The notes under the pieces were generated by a model. That model did not search any database. It was given only the letters and a program-made list of their open reading frames with translations, and was not told the origin of the DNA. Position numbers and translations under genes: made by a program. 63,649 nucleotides of DNA from Octopus bimaculoides. Taxonomy: Eukaryota. Positions 1 through 13,627 of this stretch are shown here, in pieces; within the stretch, counting starts at the first letter, position 1; the number at the start of each line of letters is the position of its first letter. The stretch lies in NCBI RefSeq assembly GCF_001194135.2, contig NC_068984.1, positions 72,599,574-72,663,222 on the forward strand, read 5' to 3'.

Positions 1-76
<76 letters not shown>

Positions 77-1748
77 ATGTGTGTATGTATACATGTGTCT
101 ACATAAACTTCTATGCATATATACTCACACGATGTACGTGCCTGTGTGTGCGGGTGTAGGTGTGGGACAGCATGTGTATATTGAATACACACTTCACTGG
201 AATAATAACAGAATCAATAAATCACACTTTTTATACACATATTACTTGCTTCACACATGTTTTATGCACAATACAATCATTACGTCATAGTAGCATAGGC
301 GACTAAAGGATCGGCTGCAGGCGTATGTATACACACACATACACTCACATATATACACACATTCATATGCATGCATTTATACATATATATCTATAAATAT
401 ATATACACTTATATATGCATACTTATATATATATACATTGACTCTAGAGTTCATTGCCTGAAATTTCTTGCGCTCATTGAAGAAAATGTCTCATCAATAT
501 CTTTGTGATTTTTATTTCAAATATGTATTTATTGTGCAGCGAATCAATGCAAATAACACTAGTTAACATGAAAACGGTGAAAAACTTAAGATAAGCGTCA
601 GAAAAATTACCATAATATAACAAAAAGAGACAGAATCCCTCTGTATTTATACAAATATAATTAAAATATACTGTAACCATCTCTGTCCAATTGTCAATGA
701 TATATCATGAAAAGTCCTTTACGACAGGAAGCGAAATTTTTAAAGGCTTTAGTGCAGTTGCTAATAATAATTTTATTCCTACATGAATGTAAGTACGTTA
801 AACAGAAAAAAAACAAACAAATTTCAATATATAAAACATACAGCCAATATAATTATCATATCATGAACATCTACAAACGACCTTCAGCCAATGGAGGCCA
901 TTATGTTCAGTCGTGGAAAGGCCCATTGTCATCATCTGTCTACCACTCATCGTTGTATCCGCTATAGTTATAACATACCATGAGCGCGCAAAGAGGAGAA
1001 TATAAAAAAAGTATTCTTAGTGAATGGTTTCAAGAGAATATTAATTCGTTCCAACTTCTACAGCTGCAAGACAGTCTGTATTCAACAATTATTGATAAGA
1101 ATACTACAGAAGTGATGTTAAAATATTTATGATACGAAGAAGTGTATTTACTACGCAGTAACGAACCATCAATTTTGCTAATGATAAATAAATAATTACT
1201 TACATTCCCTTTCAGCAACTGTTAGGACGTTTGTTTCACAGATACCAAAGAAGCAAAATAAAACCAAAACTAATTATCAAATGTCGGAAACAAAAATATT
1301 ATTGATAACATCATCTATGTAGCTATGTATCTGAAATGTAAACAAACAGCAAGTTTTCACCTGCTTAAATAGAAAAGTGCTCAAGAGAACTCTTAGATAT
1401 TTGTATTTATGACCTTCAAGCAGGAGTTAAAGCTATCATTGAGATATCATGTACATAGAAATGCATCATGTAATGACCAAAGCGCCGTGCAATGTAATTA
1501 ATATGAAGATTAATACTGGAAATCTAAAGATGAGATTGTACTAAAGTGCCAGGCATACTGACCCATTATATAAAAGAATATTGTTGGCGTGTTACAATCA
1601 AATCTTCTGCAAAATAAAAGAGTAGTAAGCTAAATAAAATAATCTGAGACAGAGTAGGGAAAGATTGCATGGTAGTTGAAACCAATTGCCCTGCAGCGTT
1701 CACAAAACGTTAAAGGTAAAGAAAGAAACGACATATATCTCTTCTATC

Positions 1749-2180
1749 TCTTTTACTTGTTTCAATCCTTAGACTGCGGCCATGCTGGAGCATTGCCTTG
1801 AACTTTTAGTCAAATTACTCGGCTCTAGTGCTAATTAATTTTTTAAGTCTGGTAATTATTCTATCTGTTTCTTTGCCGACCTGCTTAGTTACGGGGGCGT
1901 AAACATACCAACACCGGTTGTCAAGCAGTGGTGGTGGAGAGACTCAAACACAAAGACTCACACACACATACACACACAAACACACACACGCACACTCACA
2001 CACGCACAGACACACACGCACACTCACACACACATACGATGGGATTCTTTCGGTTTCTGTTTACCAAATCATCTCACAAGGCTTTGGTCGACTAGCGCCC
2101 AAGGTGCGACACAGTGGGACTGAATCCGGAACTATGTGGTTGGGAAGCAAACTTTTTGCCACACAACCACGCCAGCGCCT
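1749..2180 (-). mobile_element. tRNA-derived SINE, family A
   Basis: Head has A-box-like TGGTTGTGTGG and B-box-like GGATTCAGTCCC; internal CA microsatellite; tail gactgaaacaagtaaaaga. Many copies in the window. Confidence 0.8.
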
Positions 2181-2760
2181 ATATGGAGAATTATACATAT
2201 GGGAGAATTAAACATATGCAAGTACTAAGCGGGGACTATCTATTTCGATTTATACGTGATTATATGGTACATTTTATTAGACATCAATGCCAAGGAACTG
2301 GTCTCCACAAGACCAGAAGGAAAACATTTAATGTAAAAATACAAGTCATTAATGCAAATTAAAATATGTGAAATGCTCCAGAACTTTAGCCTGTAGTATA
2401 TACACGATATAGACATATACAGACATTGCAATGATAAGGATATGTACAAATACATAAATCAAAATTTATAGATTCAATCTCTCATTAAGATGCCTGCATA
2501 CACGAACATACAAAGACATAAGGAAATAAAAATGCATTAAAAAACACTGAGAATCAGCCAACAAGGAACATTGATTATGGCCATACTGTTGGCCACAAAT
2601 AGCAAACGCATCTCCCTTAAATCACGTCCAAAACACTTGAAATGACACATCGGGAAATACAGTCACTGAAATACATATGACAAGATGATCACTACTTTGA
2701 TCAGACGCCAAATCAATCGGAAATAACCTAGAACATCAGCAGTATCAACATATATATAGG

Positions 2761-2795
<35 letters not shown>

Positions 2796-3069
2796 ACGTG
2801 CGTGTGCGTATGTATGCACATATATATGCACACACATATATATATACATGCACACACACACACATACACACACACACATATCCTTTCATTCTTTTACTTG
2901 TTTCAGTCATTAGAATGCAGCCTTGCTGAAGCACCGCCTTGAAGAATTCATGTATTTACAATATATTATAGAACTGTGATGAACTATAACTTGGGACCCT
3001 ACCAAAATATTACTTGGAGTTCTTCGCTAATCTAAGTAATATTGTTAGCCTAGTGTATATATACATACA

Positions 3070-3103
<34 letters not shown>

Positions 3104-3500
3104 NNNNNNNNNNNNNNNNNNNNNNNNNNNNNNNNNNNNNNNNNNNNNNNNNNNNNNNNNNNNNNNNNNNNNNNNNNNNNNNNNNNNNNNNNNNNNNNNN
3201 NNNNNNNNNNNNNNNNNNNNNNNNNNNNNNNNNNNNNNNNNNNNNNNNNNNNNNNNNNNNNNNNNNNNNNNNNNNNNNNNNNNNNNNNNNNNNNNNNNNN
3301 NNNNNNNNNNNNNNNNNNNNNNNNNNNNNNNNNNNNNNNNNNNNNNNNNNNNNNNNNNNNNNNNNNNNNNNNNNNNNNNNNNNNNNNNNNNNNNNNNNNN
3401 NNNNNNNNNNNNNNNNNNNNNNNNNNNNNNNNNNNNNNNNNNNNNNNNNNNNNNNNNNNATATATATATATATACATACATATATGTATATATATATATA

Positions 3501-3534
<34 letters not shown>

Positions 3535-4509
3535 TTTGTGTGTGTGTGTGTGTGTGTGCTTACACATAAATATCTGTGTATAATACTTAATGCAAATACA
3601 TCGCTAAGAGGCAAAGTAACTGCAGAATTTGTTTTGTCCAATGATGATATCTCTTATAAATGCACTGTCTATAAAAATATAATTATATCTGTATCAGACA
3701 AGAGTCATCCATCAGTGGCGGTGAGAATACTAGATGTGCATTTCTGCATCGTTGAGCTTTGTCAGTTTTATGTAACCAGAGTCATGAGTTGGCTATTTTA
3801 ATCTAACACGCACACGCAGACAAACATATATGTACGTATATCTATAGACAGATATATAAATGAATAGAAGGAGATACCCGCAAACACATTCATGAGTGTG
3901 CGTGTGCGTGTATGAGTGTGTGTATCGTATAATTCTTGATTGAAAGTATTGACATAAAATTATATATAAGATTATATAAAACGTGATATATACAGATAAA
4001 GCAATGTTTCTTAATTAGAGCACAGATACGAGTACAATATCGGAAAGATAGAAGTGTCCGTCTTGCTGTTCTCAGCTCATACCCATATCTCCACGTCTTA
4101 AAAACAAGTACTCAGTACGATCTGTTTGACTAAAATCATTCAAGGCGATGTCCAAGCATGACCGCTTCCCAACTGAAACAAGTATAAGATAAACTATAAA
4201 GATTACCTCTGTACACGTGCAAAATTTGGGGCCAGAACTAAGGCGTTAGCGAAAAGCTCTCGTGACACATTGTTAAATTCGTATTATTGTGTGTGAGTGT
4301 TATACAGAAAAATACGAACATGTATACGCATAAACAACTATACATGCATACATACATACATACATATATATATATATGTGTGTGTACATGTGTGTGTATA
4401 CACATGCGTGTGTGTGTACGTAAATGTACGTAAATATATGTAATCGTGTGTGTGTGTATGTGTGTGTGTATGTGTGTGTGTGAGTAACTTAGTTAACTTA
4501 GCCATTTTT

Positions 4510-4705
4510 GGCGGCGAACTGGTAGAATCGTTAGCAATCCGAACAAAATGCTTTGCGAGACTTCTTCCTGCTCTCAACGTTCTGAGTACAAATGTCATTT
4601 CGAGGTCGATAAAATAAGTACTAGTTGAGCACTGCGGTTGATGTTATCAACTTCCCCTCCCTTCAAAACTTGCTAGACTTGTGTCAAATTTAGAAAGAAT
4701 TATTG
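4510..4705 (+). mobile_element. SINE family B
   Basis: ggcggcgaactggtagaatcgttagc...gtcgataaaataagtac. Confidence 0.75.
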
Positions 4706-5738
4706 TCCGGGGCCACGTTTAACTTAAAAGGTCCACCTGATGCAATCTTTTAACTCGTGCTTTGGAACACATTGGCCCAGACAAATCGAAGAAATTTTTT
4801 AGGCACCGTTTTGGTGTCATAGGTTTTTCTTCTTTGATTTCTTTCGAAATGGTTTTACAATGGAGTATGGTCATTGGAGGTAAAAATGTGCTGTGGCAAA
4901 GTTACTACGTAATGTGAGTTCTATTTTTGTACAGTGGTCTAGAAAGGCAAGGTTTATAAACTTGATACCGGAATCGTTGGAACAGTATGAATAGATTCGT
5001 GGAGAATAGAGAGTTTTACTTTTGTGGCGATCGCAATAATTCAATACATGCGCATCTGCATGTGTGCGTGTATCTCTAGTGCGTGTATCTCTATAGGTAG
5101 GTAAGTAGATAGATATATAGAGGGATAGATAGGTAAAAGAAGACAAACACACATAAATAATCATAAATATATATATATATATATATGGAGAGAGAGAGAG
5201 GGGGAGAGGGAGAGAGAGAGAGAGAGAAAGATGTGTACATACATGTTTACATACTTGCATTTATACATAAATACATGGTGTCATGATTTATATATGTCTA
5301 TACCCACACACAGAAAACACACAAACATATATATATATATATGTATATATNNNNNNNNNNNNNNNNNNNNNNNNNNNNNNNNNNNNNNNNNNNNNNNNNN
5401 NNNNNNNNNNNNNNNNNNNNNNNNNNNNNNNNNNNNNNNNNNNNNNNNNNNNNNNNNNNNNNNNNNNNNNNNNNNNNNNNNNNNNNNNNNNNNNNNNNNN
5501 NNNNNNNNNNNNNNNNNNNNNNNNNNNNNNNNNNNNNNNNNNNNNNNNNNNNNNNNNNNNNNNNNNNNNNNNNNNNNNNNNNNNNNNNNNNNNNNNNNNN
5601 NNNNNNNNNNNNNNNNNNNNNNNNNNNNNNNNNNNNNNNNNNNNNNNNNNNNNNNNNNNNNNNNNNNNNNNNNNNNNNNNNNNNNNNNNNNNNNNNNNNN
5701 NNNNNNNNNNNNNNNNNNNNNNNACTAGCGCTTTTAAT

Positions 5739-5775
<37 letters not shown>

Positions 5776-6420
5776 ACTCACACACTCACACACACACTCA
5801 CACACACACACGCAAACAAACACACACAGCTACACACTCAGACAAACACACCCACATATACAAACGCTTGTGAGTACACACAGGTTTATACATTTAAGCA
5901 CACACAAACACGCACACACACAAACACGCACACACACAAACACGCACACACACACACGCACACACATACGGTCGTAAGAAAACACCTGAACACAGCCGAC
6001 AGTTTTAAACTCTGCTTTAATGATGAATTTATGAGTTGAAATAAGCGAATGAAAATGTATGTGCTTGAAGCAGGGATGGATGGGGGAGTAACTGGTCTTC
6101 GTGGAAACATCTCTGTCTCAAAGCAATGATGCTGACATCATAAATCAAAGCAATTTAATTACTTTCCTTCAGCCACATTGTCAATTTAATTTTATGCTTC
6201 GCTGTCTGTTGACACACTTTTCTTTGACCTGGAGAGTTCATTTCGAAGATCTTCCAAATCACTAAACATTGCCAGTTTTATAATATCCTAACTATGTTAC
6301 TTGTCAAACACACATGTATTTAGCTGTGTGAATTGACAAATAATCTTCACTAGAATCCTTCGTTTTATGTATGCATTTAAAATACTTTGAAATAAAATAT
6401 AACAAAATTGCATCAGACTC

Positions 6421-6484
<64 letters not shown>

Positions 6485-6498
6485 GGTGGTGGTGGTGG
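6421..6498. repeat. (TAG)n-(TGG)n compound microsatellite
   Basis: Read directly from the sequence. Confidence 0.95.
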
Positions 6499-7589
6499 TT
6501 TAAAACCAAGGCAATCGTAATTGTGCAAGTCTGAAAAAACGTGACCAACAGATATTTTATTTTCTTTCTTTTATTTAGTTTTTGGCAAGTCTAAGACGTC
6601 TCTTACTTTATTTAATATAAATTCAATCCCGTTCAATCCAGAATGTATTGCGTCAGCGTATGAATAAGTATCCAAAATCTCAAGAACGAATACCGAAGAT
6701 AATTAATTTACGCTGTAAAAGGAACACAATAGAGTTCAGAATTCAATGTTTCGAGCTTTTTAATCCTGCATTATGAGGCAGGATTTTTGAATGCTGTCTT
6801 TCACTAGTAACAGAACATAAAGTATGTGAGACTATAGTTAACGTAAATAAGATTGAGTGTGATTTCCATGGAATTAGGTTGTTATTTTTAGCAAGCTGCC
6901 AGTTGTTTAGTTCCTGAATGATATTATTATTTTCATTCAAATCCAAGACGGTTCTGGTCGAGAGACTTGTGTTCAGAAATTTCAGACGTGAACATACAGT
7001 ATGTTTTTTCTTAGACATACATAGTATATCAAGATTTATATTAACCAATGCATCTTAGAGGTTTTGTAACACAATGTTGAACGTTTTTCTACAAATTAGT
7101 AATTTAGGCATGGGTATACAGTTTTGGTATGTGTATATGTATCGATAATAGTTTGACTAAGCGCAGTATGACTTATAGTTTGTTGGCTCTTAGAACCAAT
7201 GCATCTTATCAGATATATAAAGACGGCTTCTAGATGATAGGCCACTACTTCTCAGGTCGGGACACACATGGTGATATTTTTGCGGAAGCGATATAAGTTC
7301 TCCAGTGACTCTCCATCCCACGTGTCTCCCCCTTTTCTCCTCTTCCACATGACGAAAGATTTCCAGATAAAGGGTATACAATAAAAAAGAATGATAACAA
7401 AAAATATAAGTTCTTTTCTAAATTTTGGGGCCCTCGTGCTTTGGACATAACGTTGGTAGGTGGCTGTCGCCAATATATCTGCAAGCTGCAGCATAGGGTA
7501 TTCAGCGACACACGCGCACTCGCATACACGTGTACACACACACACCTCTTATACATACACACATACATACATACACACACACACGCACG

Positions 7590-7641
<52 letters not shown>

Positions 7642-7655
7642 NNNNNNNNNNACAC

Positions 7656-7690
<35 letters not shown>

Positions 7691-7789
7691 CACATATATA
7701 TATACACAGTTGAAAATATGTGGAAAAAATATAAAAAGTGGAAGAGAAATGCCTTCGTTTCATATAGTTTAATATAGTTTTATAAATAT

Positions 7790-8264
7790 ATACATATTAC
7801 ATGGATGTCGTGAAATCCAACCGGTTTTCGCTATTCAAATTAGCCTTTCAAGGAACACTGTACAGTAATCAGTTCTCGTGACAGAGGGGATGTTTGAAGA
7901 ATAAGAAGAATGAGTCTAGAGAGTGAACCAAGGGAAGCAACAAGTTGGAAGGGGGACAACTGGTTTCTTAGTATAATTTTGAAATGGTCAAATTTGTATA
8001 TTGAGGTGTGGTCTGTACTTTTGTGTGAACAGGTTTTCCTTGTTTAGGCGTTCTTGTACTGAGATTGAATCTGTGCATTGGTATAATGGGAAAAAATGAA
8101 AATTCGGCGTTTTATTACTTGCGCATTTGTCGATATGTCCGCTCAGTGCTATCTGCCTGTATTGAGGGAAACGAATCTCTTCTTTATGCAGCGTGACTCT
8201 GCGTCTCAGAGTAAGGCTCGTTTGGCCCACATAATTGTGACCACAATTATGTGGGCCAAACGAG
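7790..8264 (-). mobile_element. Penelope-like element 3' fragment (GIY-YIG endonuclease C-terminal part plus terminal repeat)
   Basis: Reads NYVGQTSLTLRRRVTLHKEEIRFPQYRQIALSGHIDKCA...ERLNKENLFTQKYRPHLN*, matching the GIY-YIG pattern YIGQT..LR.R...H and E..FI..Y.P.LN. Confidence 0.8.
7812..7856 (-). ncRNA. Heavily degenerate hammerhead-like motif 3' of the PLE ORF
   Basis: Minus strand TCC-TTGAAAG-GCTA-atttgaa-TAGC-GAAA-ACCGGT-T-GGA: stem II, GAAA and palindromic loop III are present, but the core is damaged. Confidence 0.35.
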
Positions 8265-8710
8265 AATAATGCTTAGCGTCATACTTTCTGAGCTTAAATT
8301 CCGCCGCGGTCGACTTTGCCGTTCATCCTTTCGGGATCGATAAAATAAGTACCAGTTGAACACTGGGGCCAATGTAATCGACTTACCTCCTCCCCTGAAC
8401 TTGCTGGCCTTGTGCCAAACCTTGACATTCTTATTATTATCATATTGTTTNNNNNNNNNNNNNNNNNNNNNNNNNNNNNNNNNNNNNNNNNNNNNNNNNN
8501 NNNNNNNNNNNNNNNNNNNNNNNNNNNNNNNNNNNNNNNNNNNNNNNNNNNNNNNNNNNNNNNNNNNNNNNNNNNNNNNNNNNNNNNNNNNNNNNNNNNN
8601 NNNNNNNNNNNNNNNNNNNNNNNNNNNNNNNNNNNNNNNNNNNNNNNNNNNNNNNNNNNNNNNNNNNNNNNNNNNNNNNNNNNNNNNNNNNNNNNNNNNN
8701 NNNNNNNNNN

Positions 8711-8746
<36 letters not shown>

Positions 8747-8944
8747 CCTAGCCCCCATAGTTACCGAGAAAATCGATTAAAACAACCTGTGTGCGTGCGT
8801 GTATGTGAGTTTGTGTCACTGAGGCCATTCATGCATACATACATACATACATAATTACTCTCTCTCTCTCTCTCTATCGGTTTTTCTCTGTCAATCACTC
8901 ACATTCACTCACTACAAAAACTGAATAGAAAATTTTAGTTATCT

Positions 8945-8967
8945 CTCTCTTTCTTTCTTTCTTTCTT

Positions 8968-9046
<79 letters not shown>

Positions 9047-9152
9047 CTCTCTTTCTTTCTTTCTTTCTTTCTCTCTATTTCTTTCTTTCTTTCTTTCTTT
9101 CTTTGTTTCTCTCTCTTTCTTTCTTTCTTTCTTTCTCTCTCTTTCTTTCTTT
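8945..9152. repeat. (TTTC/TC)n pyrimidine tract
   Basis: Read directly from the sequence; source of the KERK-rich spurious ORF. Confidence 0.95.
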
Positions 9153-9331
9153 CTCATATACAAACACACCATCAACATTACTCTCTCTGTCTCGCATACC
9201 TCATCAAACATACATACAAACACACACACACACACATACGCACGCACATCAATTCTTCTGTCTCACGCCAACTTCAAAAGAATTTCAGTCCATATCTCTT
9301 TTCATTTGACCTGGTACCAAAAATTTGAAAC

Positions 9332-9377
<46 letters not shown>

Positions 9378-9394
9378 GTTGTTGTTGTTATCAT

Positions 9395-9810
9395 TAGAAT
9401 GCTGGACAAAATGCGTAGTGGCATTTCGTCCGTCTTTACGTTCTAATTTCAAATTCTGCCGAGGCTGGCTTTGCTTTTCATCCCTTCGAGAAGGATATAT
9501 TTAGTACCAGTTGAACACTGGGGCTTATGTAACCGACTAACCTCCCGCCTAAAAATGTCAGGCCTTGGGGCTATAATAGATACAATTATTACTCCAGTCA
9601 CGTGGTGAGCTGGCAGGTCAGTTTGAACGTTAGTAAAATATTTTACCGTACTTGTTCATTCTGAATCCAAACCCTGCCGATGTTAACTTTGCTTTACATC
9701 TCCCCATGTTCGATGAAATAAAGTGTCAACCAAGTACTAGGGTTAATGGTATACACTAACATCTCTCCCCTCAGAATTACTCTACTTGTGTCACAAACAA
9801 AAAGCATTAT
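9395..9810 (+). mobile_element. Two tandem SINE family B copies
   Basis: Repeated ttctaatttcaaattctgccgagg...ctttgcttttcatcc motif. Confidence 0.7.
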
Positions 9811-11064
9811 TTTTACTCCTGCGCCCTTATTGTTATTCGGCCTTTCATCTTTAATCAAAATTATTGTATTATTATTCTGTGTATTATAATATTTTCGTTC
9901 TTGTATCTGTCTTCATTATTACTGTAATTGTATTTGCTATTGTATTATTATGTGTTATGTGTTTGTTAGTTTGATATTGTACTTGAATCAATATTGCAGC
10001 TTTAACGATAAAGAAATTTTCATTGTAAATATAATAATTTTTTATGAATTGAATTGAAAATTAATCATTGGATATCAAAAACCCTCACCATCTTGTTGAA
10101 ATTATTTCATTTTATTGCATCTTTTCTTAATCTTAAATTATTATTGATGTATTTCATGATTTCATTTCAGATTCTACACTGTATTCTCTCAGGAGAATTT
10201 TTGATATTGCACCTGTTTCTATTTTTTCCATCATAAACACCATTGATCGGTGAAAGTTTTTTCTGGACCTTTTACTAATCGATACAAATTATTTAAAACA
10301 TATTTTAAATAAATTCATACTTTTTCTATCAATAAATTAGGAAATATATATTTTTATAACCGTTTATTGTAGTTAAGTCGTTAGAGTATTAAATAAAATT
10401 CCTTGCGGTATTTGCTTTGGTTCTCTCCTTTTTAAGTTCAAATCCAGAAAAGGTCAATTTTGCCATTCATTCTTCCTGCGTCATAAGATGAAAATTGTCT
10501 GGGATAGCACTGTCTAAAAGTTCGAGTGCTTTGTAGAGTCAATAATCTCAACTAAGCAAATTCCATCATATTTGCAAGTACTTTGATCAAAATATTACTC
10601 ATACGTTATTTCGCTTATTAGCATCTTCTGAGTTTAAGAAGAACATCTGTATCTCTAGATCTTCCCAGAGAACACTGTTATCACTCTTGACCCAGGACAA
10701 AAAACCCGAGCACACGTCATACTCGTTGAAATGAAACAGGAACGACAAAATACTGCGAACCTTGGTTGTGCTGAAAGCTAACACATACATCTAGCGACTG
10801 CAGTAGCTGAGCAAAAGACATATTCAGACCGACTCCAATACGTTAATATTGTAATAGAGTCATGTTCGATGGAGAGAAAAAAAAAGGGAGGTAACATACA
10901 ATGTTTTGGTACAATATACAATCAGGGCTTCTAGACAAGGAATGGTTCTTTTGCAGGCATCGTCAAATATTTTTCCTCCTTCTTTTTTCAAAAGAACCTC
11001 ATACAATATAAGATTTATCCAATCTTCGAGTTATCTTATCTTCTGATTATATTGATTCCAAATT

Positions 11065-11270
11065 TTGGCGCAAAGCCAGCTATTTATGGAGACGGAGATA
11101 AGTCGGTTACATCGACCTCAGTGTTTAAATGGTACTTATTTTATCAACTTGGAAAGAATGGAAGGCAAAGTCAACTTCGGCGAAATTTGAACTCAGAACA
11201 TAGAGATGGATGATTTGCCGCTAAGCATTTTGCCCGGCGTGCTATCAACCCTGTCAGCTCGCCGCCTTGT
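11065..11270 (-). mobile_element. SINE family B
   Basis: ggaaggcaaagtcaacttcggcgaaatttgaactcagaac...cagctcgccgcc. Confidence 0.75.
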
Positions 11271-13000
11271 CTTCTGGTTATATTAACATAAAAAATCTAT
11301 CGCTCAATGTTTCGAAATAGAAGTTTCTAGAGACCCTTCCATTTTGTGTGTATTTTATTAGCATGTTATTGTATGTTTTCCATAAACTTAAGTTTGACTT
11401 TTCGTAAAGAAATGATGTTGAGAAGTATGTGATGTTGAGTGTCTCTGTAGTTGTTTTCGTTTATTACTTTTCTTGTTTATTCTAATACTCTTTTTTACTG
11501 CGGTTGTGTATTTTCTGGTTGTTACTTTAGTTGTTATAGACTGGATAGATAGTTGTTGCTGTTAAGGTCTTTTCTTTTTTTTCTTTTTCGTGTCCTGAAG
11601 TTGTTGCGTTTGCGAATTTATTTAATAATGATTTTGTTTTTGTAGCTACAGGTTTAATATTTGTTGTTGATGATATTGTTGCAATGGTTGGATGATGGCG
11701 GTGGCTATTTCTTTGGTCAGTTCTTCGATGTCTCTTTAGAACGTTTGTTTTTCGGCGATACACGACTTTTACTGATTTTTCCTTCCCCCTTTCTTCGTCA
11801 CACCGTCGCTCTTTGTTATAGTTTCCGAATTTCCACTTTTATTACGCCACGATTATTCGGAGGGAAAAACATCGGAGGTGAAGAAGGGAAGCGACGTATC
11901 TATCTATATCTCTTAGCCAATGTAACGCTTCCGTTTCTTAAAAAATGGAAAGAGTAGACGCTTCAGTCTGGTCCGACATAAACTGCGGTAAGACACGACG
12001 CTGACCCTGTAATAGACATGGAAAGGGATGTAGACGTTCGCCACATCTGATCCAACGTTCGGGGATAGGATTCTCTTGGCCCATTTGACTGGTACTATAT
12101 TTTATTGGCCGTCCCCTCCTCCGGAAATATAAAAAAAAAAGTAAAATTTAACTCGGTAAGATTTGAACTCAGAAAGTAAATGTACATAGATCTAAATACT
12201 GAAAGGTAATTTCTTCAACGCTTAACTGATTCTATCATCAAAGATAATATTCACAATAACGATAATATCATTTTTCTTTTATTTTTATATTTACTATCGT
12301 TATAATTCTTGCAATAATTATTTATTATCCAGCTTATAAGGTAGGATTTTACAAAGAAGGATTTCTATACGTTGAATATAAATGATAACACAAGAAGAAA
12401 CGTAAACCAGAAGAACAATAAATCCAAGATTTAATAATTTATCAATCGTCTGTCCATGCATTCTCTTTTATTATTATTTTCGTTTTTTTTAATGTTTTCT
12501 CTTGAGCGAAGAATCGGTTTTAATCCTAAACTCATCACAGAAGGATTACAGTGACAGTTTTAATATAATCTTTGTATTCGAAATATTTGACAAAGACAAA
12601 CAAGGATTTCTATGAACATTACTGAAACAATTCAGATACTTAGGATGTATGGAATGATATAACTTATTCTAGATTAATAGCATTTAGTGTATACGGTGTA
12701 TATCTGGCTTTTGTCATTCAATGTAATGACTGTGATGATACACATACGCACATATATAATACACACACACACACACACGCACACATACACGCACACACAT
12801 ACACGCACACACACACACATATATATATACACATGGCACCCTTCGACTTTTTCTATTCAAAGGGGATTTTAACTCAATATTTGGTTACTGTTTATTGCTT
12901 TATGTGACGTGCCTCAAGAGACAATATTCCAATATATAAATATATAGATGTGTGTGTGTGAGTGTGTGTGGGGGCATAACACTTTAGCAAAAATAGTGTT

Positions 13001-13047
13001 GACAATGACTTCGAAGTTTCAGTCGGTTTAGCCTTTATCGGATAGTC
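13001..13047 (-). ncRNA. Degenerate minimal type-I hammerhead motif
   Basis: Minus strand GACTAT-CCGATAA-AGGC-taaacc-GACT-GAAAC-TTCGAA-GTC-ATTGTC: stem I 5/6 bp, palindromic stem III ACTTCGAAGT, GUC triplet, two core mismatches. Confidence 0.55.
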
Positions 13048-13129
13048 CAATATAGGTTAAACAGGCCAAACCTATACAAAAACTTTTTAATGATCCTTCA
13101 GTTTAATGTAAAATTGTCTTTTTTTTTCC

Positions 13130-13550
13130 ATAGCTCGATATAAAAACAACCCTCACCCCATTCGCTTTAAACGTTAAGAGCTTAGCCAAAACCTTTTTTA
13201 CTGTAGTAGACTCTAACTTCCCACGTGACCATAAATACCATTCAATCTTCAACAGATCTACTTTGAAATTAACCTTCTCTCCGCCCAATATGGAATCTAT
13301 TGTTGCCTCATCTAATAAGCGTAGACTTAATTCTTACTACCTAAATATATACAATCATAACGTAGGTCAATGCAGCGACAACACTAACACCGACCATAAT
13401 AGCATATATCACACCCGTAGCCATATAACTAGCACTATAATTAGCATAAACCAGGATACATAGCACTATAACTAGCATAATCCAGGATACGAATATCCTC
13501 GATTCCAAGGAAGGTCGGAGTACGGCTAAAACGAATGTTAATACAAATAA

Positions 13551-13627
<77 letters not shown>

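Noticed and set aside
3590-3801. IISVSDKSHPSVAVRILDV, faint cadherin-like motif
   Set aside because: Lacks the DxNDN/LDRE hallmarks, is short, and has no splice support.
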